Positions 18,340-28,364 of a stretch of DNA of 64,000 nt are shown one piece after another; within the stretch, counting starts at the first letter, position 1, and the number at the start of each line of letters is the position of its first letter. Below the pieces are notes generated by a model. That model was not told the DNA's origin and did no database searches. It saw only the letters and a list, made by a program, of their open reading frames with translations. The translations under genes and the position numbers were made by a program. The DNA lies in NCBI GenBank assembly GCA_963825525.1, contig CAWGTN010000002.1, positions 1,920,001-1,984,000 on the forward strand, in the 5' to 3' direction. Origin of the DNA: an uncultured Chloroflexia bacterium (GTDB lineage: Bacteria > Chloroflexota > Limnocylindria > QHBO01).

Positions 18340-19217
18340 TGGCCGAAGGCGCTGCCGTCTTCCTCAACGAGGGGGCCGGCAGCGCGCGGACCGCGGCCGT
18401 GCGGCACGCGGTGCAGCTGGCGCGCCGTGCCCTCGACGCCGATCTCCACGTGGTCGCCACCCGTGATGTGGCCGAGCTGACCGGCTGGCTCGAGACGCGC
18501 ATCGGCGACTATCGAACGGCGGTCATCGCGGGAGGCGACGGCTCGCTCGGCGTCGCATACAACGTGGCCGCCGGTCGCGACAACCTGGTGCTGGGCTACC
18601 TTCCCGCCGGCTTCGGGAACGCGACACGTCACCTGCTGCGCCTGCCGTCGTCGCCCGACGAGCTCGTCGAGGTCCTGGTGCGGGGCGACGCCCGCCCCGT
18701 GGACCTCGTGTCGGTCGACGGACGGCTCGCCCTGTTTGCCGGGGCTGGATGGGACGCGTTGGTCGCCACCCGGTACGCGGATGCGGGAGCGAACCGGCTC
18801 CGCGGCTGGGCCGCCGCCGTGACGCGTTCCGTGCCCGACCTGTGGCGCCGGACGCCGGTCGAGGTGCGCGCCGATGGCTGGATCGTTCACCGAGGACCCA
18901 TCGAGCTGATCGTGGTCGGGACGACGCCGTTCTACGGTCGAGGCCTGCGGGTGAACCCGGGGGCGCGCCCCGACGCCGGACGCGTCGCGTTGCGCGTCTA
19001 CCCCGGTCCCGCGGGACGTCTTGCCGTGGAGGCAGCTCGCTGGGCGTTCCGGGTCACACCCGATGCGCCGCGGGTCGACGCAGGGCGGGTCGAGGTGCGG
19101 ACGCTCGACGGTTCGATACTCCCGGTCCAGGCCGACGGCGATGCCCTCGGATCACGGCCTTCGTGGACCTTCGAGATCCGCCCGCGCGCGGTCCGCATCA
19201 TCGGTCGCTGGGACTGA
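18339..19217 (+). CDS. Diacylglycerol/lipid kinase family protein
   Basis: NEGAG, AGGDGS, LPAGFGN, GAGWDA, QADGD. Confidence 0.85.
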   Translation: MAEGAAVFLNEGAGSARTAAVRHAVQLARRALDADLHVVATRDVAELTGWLETRIGDYRTAVIAGGDGSLGVAYNVAAGRDNLVLGYLPAGFGNATRHLLRLPSSPDELVEVLVRGDARPVDLVSVDGRLALFAGAGWDALVATRYADAGANRLRGWAAAVTRSVPDLWRRTPVEVRADGWIVHRGPIELIVVGTTPFYGRGLRVNPGARPDAGRVALRVYPGPAGRLAVEAARWAFRVTPDAPRVDAGRVEVRTLDGSILPVQADGDALGSRPSWTFEIRPRAVRIIGRWD

Positions 19218-20328
19218 GCCTCCGGACGGCGTCAAGCGCCGCGAATGCTGCGCGTCGCAGCCGCTGCGGGCCGGAGCCGTGAATGCGCAGCTCGCGCATC
19301 GGCATCGAGACCGCTCCGCTGAGTGACACCCGCACGCGGCTTCGGCCGCCCGCATCCTGCGGCAGCAGCGAGAGCTGGAGCACGGCGTCGGCCATCGGCG
19401 GGCCGCTTGCCGTGCCCATGTCGAGGACGCCCCCGACGTAGCGCGCCGATCCCTCGCCGTGCGGCGGGGCACTCAGGATCGACATGAGCGCCGCGTTCGT
19501 GTCCGACTCCCAGCTGGCCAGTGTCTCGACTCCCAGCTCGCCGAGCCTGCGCAGGGCAACGCTGGCGAGCTCATCATCGTCGGCGCCGTAGGCCGCATCA
19601 CCCAGCCGGTCCAGCGACTCGCGGATCGAGCCGTCCAGCCGTGTGGGCTCACCGCGGGTGGAGAATCGGGCGTGCACGCCATCGTCTCGTGCGTAGATGC
19701 CGGCTTCGACGCCTTCCGGCGGGTCGGTCAACAGCGTGCCCAGCCGTTCGGCCATGGCGGACTCGCCGATGCCGAAGGACTTCACGCTGCGGACGGCGAG
19801 TGGCGCATGCGGAAAGCGCGCAGCGAGCCTCGGACGCACCTCATCGACCCACATCAGGCGCATCTCGGATGGGACCCCGGGCATGAGGACCACGACCACC
19901 CCGTCGCGCTCCGCCCACCAGCCCGGCGCGGAGCCGATCGGGTTGGGGAGGGCCGTCGCCGAGCGGACGAGCATCGCCTGCTTGCGGTTGCTTTCGGGCA
20001 TGTCGCCCATGCCGCGGTATCGATCTCGAAGCGCCGCCAGCAGCGCCGGATCCTCGCGCATCGGCTCATCGAGCGCGTCGGAAACGGCCTCGCGCGAGAG
20101 GTCGTCGTGGGTTGGCCCCAGGCCGCCGGTCGCGAGCACCACCTGCGACCGCGCACGAGCCTCGATGAACGCATCACGCAGCAGCTCGCGCTGATCGGGG
20201 AGCATGCGTGCGCCGCGCAGTGGAAGGCCGATGGACGCCAGCTCGGCGCCCAGGAATGCCGCGTTGGTGTCGACGGTCTCCCCGAGCAGAAGCTCGGCGC
20301 CGATCGAGAGAAGCTCCACGTTCGTCAT
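19198..20328 (-). CDS. cinA: CinA-like molybdopterin-binding (MocF) protein with a degenerate C-terminal domain
   Basis: IGAELLLGETVDTN, TGGLGPTHDD, NPIGSAPG, MPGVPSEM, GIGES. Confidence 0.8.
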   Translation of the reverse strand: MTNVELLSIGAELLLGETVDTNAAFLGAELASIGLPLRGARMLPDQRELLRDAFIEARARSQVVLATGGLGPTHDDLSREAVSDALDEPMREDPALLAALRDRYRGMGDMPESNRKQAMLVRSATALPNPIGSAPGWWAERDGVVVVLMPGVPSEMRLMWVDEVRPRLAARFPHAPLAVRSVKSFGIGESAMAERLGTLLTDPPEGVEAGIYARDDGVHARFSTRGEPTRLDGSIRESLDRLGDAAYGADDDELASVALRRLGELGVETLASWESDTNAALMSILSAPPHGEGSARYVGGVLDMGTASGPPMADAVLQLSLLPQDAGGRSRVRVSLSGAVSMPMRELRIHGSGPQRLRRAAFAALDAVRRLSPSDR

Positions 20329-20429
20329 CGGGATCGAGTGTAGGGCTAGACTGGTGGTCGCTGTTTCGAGCGTCATTCCGACCGATGCCAGGCCTGCGCA
20401 TCGGTCGTCCGATTTGCGAGAGGAGTTCC

Positions 20430-20876
20430 ATGAGCGATCCCGAGCTGTCGGTGGGCAGCGGCATGACCGACGATCTCCGCGCGTGGTTGGTCGATGGCCT
20501 GCGCTACCCAGTGCTGGCCGTGAACTCGGGCGACGGTCCGCCCAGCCAGTCGGTCATGTGGTTCGATGTCGACCCGAACGATCCCGACGTGATCCTGATG
20601 AACACCATGGTGCGCCGCCTGAAGTACCGCCAGCTGCTGGCGGATCCACGGGCCTCGCTGCTGTTCGAGGACGGGCTGTACTGGGTCTCGATGCGCGGCA
20701 CCGTGGAGCTCGATGCCGAGTTCCAGCCGGCCCTCGATCACATCATGGCCCTGGCTCGACGCTACAGCGCCAACCCGGACCGCTACATCGGCCAGGAGCG
20801 GGTCATCATCCGGATGCGAATCGAGAAGGTCATTCGCCACGATCTGCCAGCTGCGGCCATACAATCGCGAGCATGA
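20430..20876 (+). CDS. PPOX-class (pyridoxamine 5'-phosphate oxidase-like) F420-type protein
   Basis: DGPPSQSVMWF, RLKYRQLLADPRASL, WVSMRG, ERV; GAGGAG RBS. Confidence 0.75.
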   Translation: MSDPELSVGSGMTDDLRAWLVDGLRYPVLAVNSGDGPPSQSVMWFDVDPNDPDVILMNTMVRRLKYRQLLADPRASLLFEDGLYWVSMRGTVELDAEFQPALDHIMALARRYSANPDRYIGQERVIIRMRIEKVIRHDLPAAAIQSRA

Positions 20877-22255
20877 TCACTTCGATCAATCCGGCGACCG
20901 AGGAGACCCTGGCCGAGTTCGAGCCGTGGTCTGAGTCTCAGGTGGACGCCGCCGTCGACGAGGTCGTCGCGGCACAGCACGCGTGGCGCGCCATGAGCGT
21001 CGAGCAACGATCCGTTCCGATGCGCCGCGCGGCGGAGCTGCTCCGCGAGCGCGCCGCCCGCTACGGGGCACTCATCACCGCCGAGATGGGAAAGCCCATC
21101 GTGGAGGCCGAGGCGGAGGTCAACAAGTGCGCGGTGGCGTGCGATCACTACGCCGAGAACGCCGCCGTCTACCTGGCTCACACGCCGGTCGTGACCGAGT
21201 CGCTCGACAGCTACGTCGCCTATGAGCCACTCGGCACGGTCCTGGCCATCATGCCGTGGAACTTCCCGTTCTGGCAGGTCTTCCGGGCTGGCGCTCCGAT
21301 CCTCATGGCCGGCAATGGCATCGTGCTCAAGCACGCATCCAACGTTCCGCAGTCGGCGCTGGCGTGCGAGGAGGTGTTCCGCGACGCGGGCTTCCCGGCC
21401 GGGCTGCTGCGCACGGTGCTGGTGGCAGGGTCGGACACCGAGCGGCTGGTCGACGACTCGCGGATTGCGGCCGTCACCCTGACCGGATCGTCGGAAGTCG
21501 GCGCCCGGATCGCCTCGCTCGCCGCCTCGCGTCTCAAGCCGCAGGTGCTCGAGCTGGGCGGCTCCGACCCGTTCATCGTGCTTGCCGATGCCGACCTCGG
21601 GTACGCCGCCCGGACCGCGGCGCGTGCCCGAAACCAGAACAGCGGCCAGAGCTGCATCGCGGCGAAACGCTTCATCGTGGTGGACTCGGTCGCCGACGAG
21701 TTCGCCAGCCTGTTCGCCGATGCCGTGCGTGGCATGCGCGTCGGCGATCCTACCTCGCGCGAGACGAACGTCGGTCCGCTGGCCCGCGGCGACCTGCGCG
21801 AGGCCCTCGAACGCCAGGTGGAGGAGTCCCGGCGACAGGGCGCACAGCCGCTCGTTGGCGGAGAGCGGGTGGACGGACGCGGCTACTTCTATGCCCCGAC
21901 CGTCCTCGATGGCGTGACCGACAGCATGCCGGCGTTCACCGAGGAAACCTTCGGCCCGGTAGCCGCCGTCATCAGGGCGCGTGACGTCGAGCATGCCGTC
22001 ACGCTGGCCAACGACAGCGAGTACGGACTCGGAGCGGCGGTGTGGACGCGCGACCTCGACGCGGCGAGGCAGATCGCCGGCCGCATCGAGGCAGGCTCGG
22101 TATTCGTCAACGGCCTGGTGGCCTCCGACCCGCGCATGCCGATGGGTGGCGTGAAGCGCAGCGGCTATGGTCGCGAGCTCGGGCAGCACGGGATCTGGGA
22201 GTTCACGAACATCCAGACCGTACGGATCGGCCCCGCGGAGGCGCCCGCGTCATAA
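20873..22255 (+). CDS. gabD: NAD(P)-dependent succinate-semialdehyde dehydrogenase-like ALDH
   Basis: SINPAT, IMPWNFP, LKHASN, LTGS, LELGGSDP, NSGQSC, EETFGP, GGVKRSGYGRE. Confidence 0.88.
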   Translation: MITSINPATEETLAEFEPWSESQVDAAVDEVVAAQHAWRAMSVEQRSVPMRRAAELLRERAARYGALITAEMGKPIVEAEAEVNKCAVACDHYAENAAVYLAHTPVVTESLDSYVAYEPLGTVLAIMPWNFPFWQVFRAGAPILMAGNGIVLKHASNVPQSALACEEVFRDAGFPAGLLRTVLVAGSDTERLVDDSRIAAVTLTGSSEVGARIASLAASRLKPQVLELGGSDPFIVLADADLGYAARTAARARNQNSGQSCIAAKRFIVVDSVADEFASLFADAVRGMRVGDPTSRETNVGPLARGDLREALERQVEESRRQGAQPLVGGERVDGRGYFYAPTVLDGVTDSMPAFTEETFGPVAAVIRARDVEHAVTLANDSEYGLGAAVWTRDLDAARQIAGRIEAGSVFVNGLVASDPRMPMGGVKRSGYGRELGQHGIWEFTNIQTVRIGPAEAPAS

Positions 22256-22272
22256 GCCCTACCATGGGCTGC

Positions 22273-23214
22273 ATGACGAACGCACCCATCAAATTTGGCG
22301 CCAACTGCTGGAACCAGTACTCGGACTGGGCTTCTCTCCGCGCCGCCGGCATCCGCGCCGACTCCCTTGGATTCGACTCGATCTGGACCTGGGACCACCT
22401 GTACCCGATCGTCGGCTCCCACGAAGGTCCGATCTTCGAGGGATGGCTGACGATCACCGCCTGGGCCGAGCGCACCGAGCACGCCACCGTCGGCCTGATG
22501 GTCGGAGCCAACACGTTCCGGAACCCGGCCATCGTGGCCAAGATGGCCACCACGCTCGACCACATCAGCGGCGGTCGTGCCGTGCTCGGCATCGGCGGCG
22601 CGTGGTTCGAGACCGAGCATCGCGCCTATGGACTGGAGTTCGGGGCCTCCCCCGGCGAGCGGCTGAAGTGGCTCAACGAGGCGGCGGGGATCATGCGCGG
22701 CATGCTCGATGGGGGACGTGGCTCTGGCGGCGACGTGTACGCGACGCACGAGGTCCGCAACGATCCGGCGCCGGTGCAGGATCGGATCCCTCTCCTCATC
22801 GGCGGCGGTGGCGAGCGCAAGACCCTCCGGATCGTGGCTCGCTACGCGGATGCATGCAACGTCGGCGGCGGGTTTGAGAACGTCAGGCGCAAGGACGAGA
22901 TCCTGCGGCGCCACTGCGACGAGGTCGGGCGCGACGAGTCTGAGATCGAGCGCACCACGGGCGTCGGCACCTGCATCATCCGCGACGATCCAGCCGAGGC
23001 ACAGCGCGTCTTCACCGAGATGTTCGCGCGCAACGGTGGAGCGACGCCATGGACGGACCAGCTGGTCGGAACGCCGGAGCAGGTGACGGACAAGCTGCGG
23101 CCGTTCCTCGGCATCGGGTTCCGGCACTTCATCGTCGGCTTCCCGAGCCCCTACGACGCCGAGTCGATGGAGCGGCTGATGACCGAGGTGAAGCCCGCCC
23201 TGGCGGCCGGCTGA
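22273..23214 (+). CDS. LLM-class flavin/F420-dependent oxidoreductase
   Basis: GFDSIWTWDH, FRNPAIVAKMATTLDHISGGR, IGGGGERKTL. Confidence 0.88.
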   Translation: MTNAPIKFGANCWNQYSDWASLRAAGIRADSLGFDSIWTWDHLYPIVGSHEGPIFEGWLTITAWAERTEHATVGLMVGANTFRNPAIVAKMATTLDHISGGRAVLGIGGAWFETEHRAYGLEFGASPGERLKWLNEAAGIMRGMLDGGRGSGGDVYATHEVRNDPAPVQDRIPLLIGGGGERKTLRIVARYADACNVGGGFENVRRKDEILRRHCDEVGRDESEIERTTGVGTCIIRDDPAEAQRVFTEMFARNGGATPWTDQLVGTPEQVTDKLRPFLGIGFRHFIVGFPSPYDAESMERLMTEVKPALAAG

Positions 23215-23230
23215 GCGTCGGGCCCGACCG

Positions 23231-24154
23231 ATGAGGATTGCGCTGCTGGCCGGCGGCACGGGCGGGGCGAAGCTCGCGCACGGGTTCGCCCTCCTTGCCG
23301 ATGCGGTCGAGCTCTCGATCATCGCCAACGTCGGAGATGACGCCGAAGTCCACGGACTGCATGTCAGCCCCGATCTCGATGCCATCGCGTACCACCTGGC
23401 CGGCCTTGCCGATGGCGACCAGGGCTGGGGCATCATCGGCGACACGCATGGTGCGCAGTCGATGTTCGAGCGACTCGGCGTCCCGACCTGGTTCTCGCTC
23501 GGAGACGCCGATCTGGCCACCAGCGTTGAGCGCACGCGTCGCCTGCAGCAGGGGGCGCGGCTGACCGAGGCAACGGCCGCGATCGCATCGGCCCTCGGTC
23601 TGGAATCCACGCTCCTGCCATCGAGCGATGATCGATACCGGACCACGCTTGTCACCGACGAGGGAGTGCTCGAGTTCCAGGAGTACTTCGTCCGTCGCCG
23701 TCAGCGGCCCGAAGTGCAATCCATCGAGATGGATGGAGGCGCCGCGGCCCGTCCCACGCCGGAGACGATGCGGGCCATCGAGCGGGCGGAGCGCATCGTG
23801 ATCGGGCCGTCGAACCCGCTCGTCAGCATCGGGCCGATGCTCGAGCTGGCGGGCATGCGGGAGGCGATTTCGGCGGCCAGCGCCCTGACGGTGGCCGTCA
23901 GCCCGATCATCGGCGGGGCGGCCTTGAAGGGTCCGGCCGACCGAATGCTGAGATCGATGGGCCACGAATCGAGTGCGCTCGGCGTTGCGCGGCTGTATGT
24001 CGGTCTCGTCGACCGCTTCGTGATCGACGAGGTCGACGAGGCCCTGGCGCCGCCGATCGAGGCGCTCGGCATGCGCGTCTCGGTGCTGCCGACGGTCATG
24101 CGATCGGACGCGGACCGGCGGACGCTGGCCGCCTCGATCCTGGCCGCGGATTGA
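23231..24154 (+). CDS. cofD: 2-phospho-L-lactate transferase (F420 biosynthesis)
   Basis: LAGGTGGAK, NVGDD, SPDLD, WFSLGDAD, FQEYFV, GPSNPLVSIGP, ALKGPA. Confidence 0.95.
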   Translation: MRIALLAGGTGGAKLAHGFALLADAVELSIIANVGDDAEVHGLHVSPDLDAIAYHLAGLADGDQGWGIIGDTHGAQSMFERLGVPTWFSLGDADLATSVERTRRLQQGARLTEATAAIASALGLESTLLPSSDDRYRTTLVTDEGVLEFQEYFVRRRQRPEVQSIEMDGGAAARPTPETMRAIERAERIVIGPSNPLVSIGPMLELAGMREAISAASALTVAVSPIIGGAALKGPADRMLRSMGHESSALGVARLYVGLVDRFVIDEVDEALAPPIEALGMRVSVLPTVMRSDADRRTLAASILAAD

Positions 24155-24205
24155 GCCCGGACGGACCGGGTCAGGCGATCGCGATATCCTCCACCGGTGA
24201 CATCC

Positions 24206-24803
24206 ATGCGGATCATCGTCCCGCACCGCGGCCTCGACGCGGCGAAGACGCGTCTCGCCCCGACGCTGACGCCGGAGGAGCGGGTCGATGCTGGCCAGCC
24301 AGCTCCTGCAGCGAGTTCTCAAGGTCGCGCGCGAGGTGTGCCCGGACGTGGTGGTGATCTCGCCGTCCCGTGCCCTGGCCGAGATCGTCGAGCCATCCGG
24401 CGCCCGTCTGGCCGTCCAGCGTGGAATGGGCCTCAACGAGGGACTTGAGCAGGCCCGATTCGAGGCGCTGGTCGATGATGTCGGTACGCTCGTCGTGCTG
24501 CACGGCGACCTGCCGAACCTGCGTCCCGCGGACGTGGAGGCGCTCCTCGCCGCGCTGCCGGATGGCGACGAGCCCGCGGTTTCGATCGCTCCCGATCGAG
24601 CCGGGACGGGGACGAACGGGCTGGTGCTGAGGCCGCCCGGCGTCATTCGCTTCCGCTTCGGCGTCGGCAGCTTTGCCGAACACCTCGTCGAGGTGGAGCG
24701 CGCCGGCGTGCCGCTCGTGGCCGTCAGTCGCGCCGGGCTCTCCTTCGATCTCGACACGCCCGATGACCTCACGCGCTGGCTCGAGCTCGGCGACGCGGCA
24801 TGA
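24206..24803 (+). CDS. cofC: 2-phospho-L-lactate/PEP guanylyltransferase, frameshifted near 24287
   Basis: IIVP..AKTRL, then GLNEGL, HGDLP, GTGTNGL, FRFGVGSF, DLDTPDDL. Confidence 0.9.
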
Positions 24804-25558
24804 CGGGCCGGATCGAGCTCATCGCCCTCGACGGTATCGGCGAAGTCGTCCCGGGCGACGACCTGCCCGAGCTCATCGTCGGCGCGGTCGAGGCATCCGA
24901 CCTGGTGCTCGGTGACGATGACGTGCTGGTGGTGACCCAGAAGGTCGTGTCGAAGGCGGAGGGTCGCCTGGTCGAGCTGGCATCCGTGGAGCCGTCCGAG
25001 CTTGCGCGCCGATGGGCTGAGCGCTGGGGCCGCGATCCTCGCCAGGTCGAGCTGGTCCTGCGCGAATCCGCGGCGATCATCCGCATGGCTCCCGGCGGGC
25101 TGATCATCAGCCGAACCCATCACGGCCTGGTGTGTGCCAACGCCGGCGTCGACGTCAGTAATGTCGGCGGTGGTGAGGTGGCGGCCCTGCTGCCCGTGGA
25201 TCCGGACGCGTCCGCCGTCGCCATCCGGCAGGCGGTTCAGCGCCGCATGGGCGTGCAGCCGGCGGTGATCATCAGCGACTCCTTTGGGCGGCCGTGGCGC
25301 AACGGGATCGTGAACGTGGCGATCGGGTCGGCCGGCATCGCGCCACTCCGGGACATGCGCGGTGAGCCCGACACGGGAGGAAGGCCGATGCAGGCCACGG
25401 TCATCGCCGTGGCGGATGCGCTGGCATCGGCTGCGGACCTTGCCGGCGGGAAGGTGGATCAGCGCCCCGTGGTGGTGGTGAGGGGATATGCCTTCGATCG
25501 GTCGGATGTCTCGGCCGCCGAGCTGATCATGGATCCGTCACGCGACCTCTTCCCGTAG
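24800..25558 (+). CDS. cofE: Coenzyme F420-0:L-glutamate ligase (single domain)
   Basis: PGDDL, QKVVSKAEG, ANAGVDVSN, LPVDPDASA, DSFGRPWR. Confidence 0.95.
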   Translation: MTGRIELIALDGIGEVVPGDDLPELIVGAVEASDLVLGDDDVLVVTQKVVSKAEGRLVELASVEPSELARRWAERWGRDPRQVELVLRESAAIIRMAPGGLIISRTHHGLVCANAGVDVSNVGGGEVAALLPVDPDASAVAIRQAVQRRMGVQPAVIISDSFGRPWRNGIVNVAIGSAGIAPLRDMRGEPDTGGRPMQATVIAVADALASAADLAGGKVDQRPVVVVRGYAFDRSDVSAAELIMDPSRDLFP

Positions 25559-25619
25559 CCACGGCGCGTTCGGCGCGAATCCTGCATCGGGGAGTGATCG
25601 TCCGCCGAGCGGACATGCC

Positions 25620-26915
25620 ATGAATGATCAGCCGTTGATTCTCGACCGATACCGTCTCATCGAGCGCATCGCCCTCGGCGGCAGCGCCGAGGTGTGGCGC
25701 GCGCATGACGCTCAGCTCGATCGCATGGTGGCCGTGAAGCGCCTCCACCCCCACTTGCTTCCGGACGAGTCTTCGCGTCTGCGCCTGGCCGCGGAGGCGC
25801 GGGCCGCCGCCAGCCTCTCGCACCCGGTCATCGTCGACGTCTACGACGTGGACGCGACCGGCGAATCCGCGGCGCTGATCATGGAGCTCGTCGACGGAGA
25901 GTCGCTCGGTGCACGCCTGGCCCGATCCGGACCGATGCCCGAACGGATGGCCGCATCGCTCGTCGCCGATCTCGCCGATGCGCTCTACCACGCCCACCAG
26001 CGAGGCGTCATCCACCGGGACGTGAAGCCCGGCAACGTGCTGATCGGGGCCGATGGCAGGACTCGCCTCGTCGATTTCGGGATTGCCCACAGCCTGGCCG
26101 CTGCGTCGGAGCGGCTGACGCTCACCGGCACGGTCATCGGGACCCCGTCCGCGATGGCTCCGGAGCAGCTGGTCGGCGGCCCGATCACGCCGCGTACCGA
26201 CCTCTACGGACTCGGCGTCGTGCTGTTCGAGGCGCTGACCGGACGACCGCCGTATCCGCCGACTCCGCCGGTTGCGCTCGCGGCTCTCCAGAGGACGGGT
26301 CCGCCGCGCCTGGACGGTGTCGATCCGCCCCTGGCGCGGGTGGCGGAGGCGTGCCTTGCGTTCGACCCGGGAGACCGGCCGCTCCACGCCGGCGCCCTTG
26401 CCACGGCCCTGCGCGAATGGCTGGCCGGTGCCGCCAGTCCGGCGAGCGGGATGGCGGTGGCCGATGTCGCCTCCGCGGTCGATGCCGCTGCCGTCACGCG
26501 GCCCGTGCAGGTGGTGCGCCCGATGCCGTCGGCCTCGCGAGCAGCGTGGCCGCGCTGGCCGTTGGTCGCCGCCGCCGCGGTCCTGGCACTGGTGTTGGTC
26601 GGATGGGTGGTGGCGGGCCTTGCGCAGCCGGGGGCCGCCGAGGTGCCCACCGCGTCCGCTTCCGCCTTGGCATCGAGCTCAATCGAGGCGAGCGCCGATG
26701 CTCCGACGGAACCGTCCTGGCTCGCGCGCCTGCAGGAGAAGATCGCAAAGCAGTGCGGTCCCGAGGCGGCCGCGGAGGCTGGCCCGCTCTTGGCGGTCAT
26801 GTCCGAGGACGAGGCGGCCAATCAGGCGACAGCCATGGCCGATGCCTGCAAGGAGGCGAAGCGCGGCAACGGGAATGGGAACGGGAACGGCAAGGGGAAC
26901 GGGGACGACGATTGA
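25620..26915 (+). CDS. Hanks-type Ser/Thr protein kinase with a TM segment
   Basis: VAVK, HRDVKPGN, DFG, APE, DLYGLG; TM; GN-rich tail. Confidence 0.92.
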   Translation: MNDQPLILDRYRLIERIALGGSAEVWRAHDAQLDRMVAVKRLHPHLLPDESSRLRLAAEARAAASLSHPVIVDVYDVDATGESAALIMELVDGESLGARLARSGPMPERMAASLVADLADALYHAHQRGVIHRDVKPGNVLIGADGRTRLVDFGIAHSLAAASERLTLTGTVIGTPSAMAPEQLVGGPITPRTDLYGLGVVLFEALTGRPPYPPTPPVALAALQRTGPPRLDGVDPPLARVAEACLAFDPGDRPLHAGALATALREWLAGAASPASGMAVADVASAVDAAAVTRPVQVVRPMPSASRAAWPRWPLVAAAAVLALVLVGWVVAGLAQPGAAEVPTASASALASSSIEASADAPTEPSWLARLQEKIAKQCGPEAAAEAGPLLAVMSEDEAANQATAMADACKEAKRGNGNGNGNGKGNGDDD

Positions 26916-26942
26916 TTGGGTGCCGCAACGCGGCACGCGCCA

Positions 26943-27278
26943 TCAGTTCGGCTGGAGGAACAGTGCGACGATCTCGCCGCCCTCGACCCGGAAGTTGGCC
27001 TCGACGTGAAGGGGGTCGGCACCCGGACGCATGACAGTCACGTCCGCGATGTAGCTCGAGCCCATGTTGCGACTGTCGTTCGTGAACATGCGAAATCCGT
27101 CACCGGCACGCAGGAACCATCCGCCCACCTTGTCACGGCCGCGGAGGTTCGTTCGCTCATCGGATCCCGGCACGCTGATGCCGAGCACCGCGTTTTCGCT
27201 GAACAACGCCACCGCTTTCTCGCGGAGGTCGTCGTTGATCAGCTCCAGGAACAGGTCGACGGTTTCGGTGGCACCCAT
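26943..27278 (-). CDS. NTF2/SnoaL-like protein
   Basis: ALFSENAV, LRGRDKV, FRVEGGEI. Confidence 0.6.
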   Translation of the reverse strand: MGATETVDLFLELINDDLREKAVALFSENAVLGISVPGSDERTNLRGRDKVGGWFLRAGDGFRMFTNDSRNMGSSYIADVTVMRPGADPLHVEANFRVEGGEIVALFLQPN

Positions 27279-27437
27279 GTGGCCATCAGTCTAGCGCCGA
27301 TCCGAACGTCGCCGGTAAGGGGGCAGTAAGGGGTCGGCCGGTGGCTCGGTCGCATGCTGCGTGGGGCGGGAGTGTGCAAGAGACTTGCACACCCGGTCGA
27401 GTTCGCGCTGCCCGAACATCCCCCATACTTCCCGCGT

Positions 27438-28364
27438 ATGAACGACGAACGCCTTCGCATCGGCCTCATTGGGTGGGGCACCGTCGGTTCCGCGCTCGGC
27501 GCGCTGATCCAGTCCGGGCCGTTGCCGGTGACCCTCGCGACCGTTGCGGTGCGCGACACCGGTGCGGACCGGCTCGGCCTTCCCCGGGGCGTGGATCTCG
27601 GTGGCCCCGACGCGGCGCTGCATGCAGACGTCATCGTCGAGCTCGCCGGGGGATTGGAGGGTCCCCTCGGATGGGCGCGACAGACGCTTGACCGTGGCAA
27701 GCCATACGTCACCGCAAACAAGGCCCTCCTCGCCACCCACGGACGCGAACTCGCGGAGCTCGCGGACCGACGGGTGGCAGCCCTCCTCGCCAGCGCCAGC
27801 GTTGGGGGCGGTACCCCGATGATCGAGACCACCGCTCATCTCGCCGCAACCGGCGCGGTCGAGCGGATTCGCGGCATCCTGAACGCCACGACCACGTACA
27901 TCCTGTCGGCGATGGGCGAGGGTCGAACGTACGACGAAGCATTGCGTGAGGCCCAGGAGGCCGGGTACGCCGAGGCAGACCCCAGCTTTGACGTCGACGG
28001 GCGGGATGCGGCGCAGAAGCTTGCGATCCTGGCCTCGGTCGCCTGGGGCCGATGGCGCCCGGAGACCGACGTTGAGACGCGTGGGATCGCTGGCCTCGAT
28101 GTCCAGCCGGGCGATACGGTTCGCCTCGTCGCCGAAGCCACCAAGGGCAGCCTCACCGTGAAGCCTATGGAGCTCGATCCCACTGACCCGCTGGCCCGTG
28201 CCTCTGGAATCGAGAACGTGCTCGAGATCACGGTTGCCGATGCGGGCATCTTCCGCCTGTCGGGGCCGGGTGCCGGTGGCCGGGTAACCGCGGGCGCGGT
28301 GTACGCCGACATTGCGCGGCTGGTCGCCGGAGAGCGCCCCGTCCTGTTCGGGAAGTCGTCGTGA
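27438..28364 (+). CDS. hom: Homoserine dehydrogenase (short form, no ACT domain)
   Basis: GWGTVG, VTANKA, ASVGGGTP, ILNATT, GYAEADPSFDVDG, GPGAG. Confidence 0.9.
   Translation: MNDERLRIGLIGWGTVGSALGALIQSGPLPVTLATVAVRDTGADRLGLPRGVDLGGPDAALHADVIVELAGGLEGPLGWARQTLDRGKPYVTANKALLATHGRELAELADRRVAALLASASVGGGTPMIETTAHLAATGAVERIRGILNATTTYILSAMGEGRTYDEALREAQEAGYAEADPSFDVDGRDAAQKLAILASVAWGRWRPETDVETRGIAGLDVQPGDTVRLVAEATKGSLTVKPMELDPTDPLARASGIENVLEITVADAGIFRLSGPGAGGRVTAGAVYADIARLVAGERPVLFGKSS

Noticed and set aside
25620-26915. Ser/Thr kinase as part of a defence system
   Set aside because: Ordinary membrane Hanks kinase with no nuclease, phosphatase or ATPase partners adjacent.
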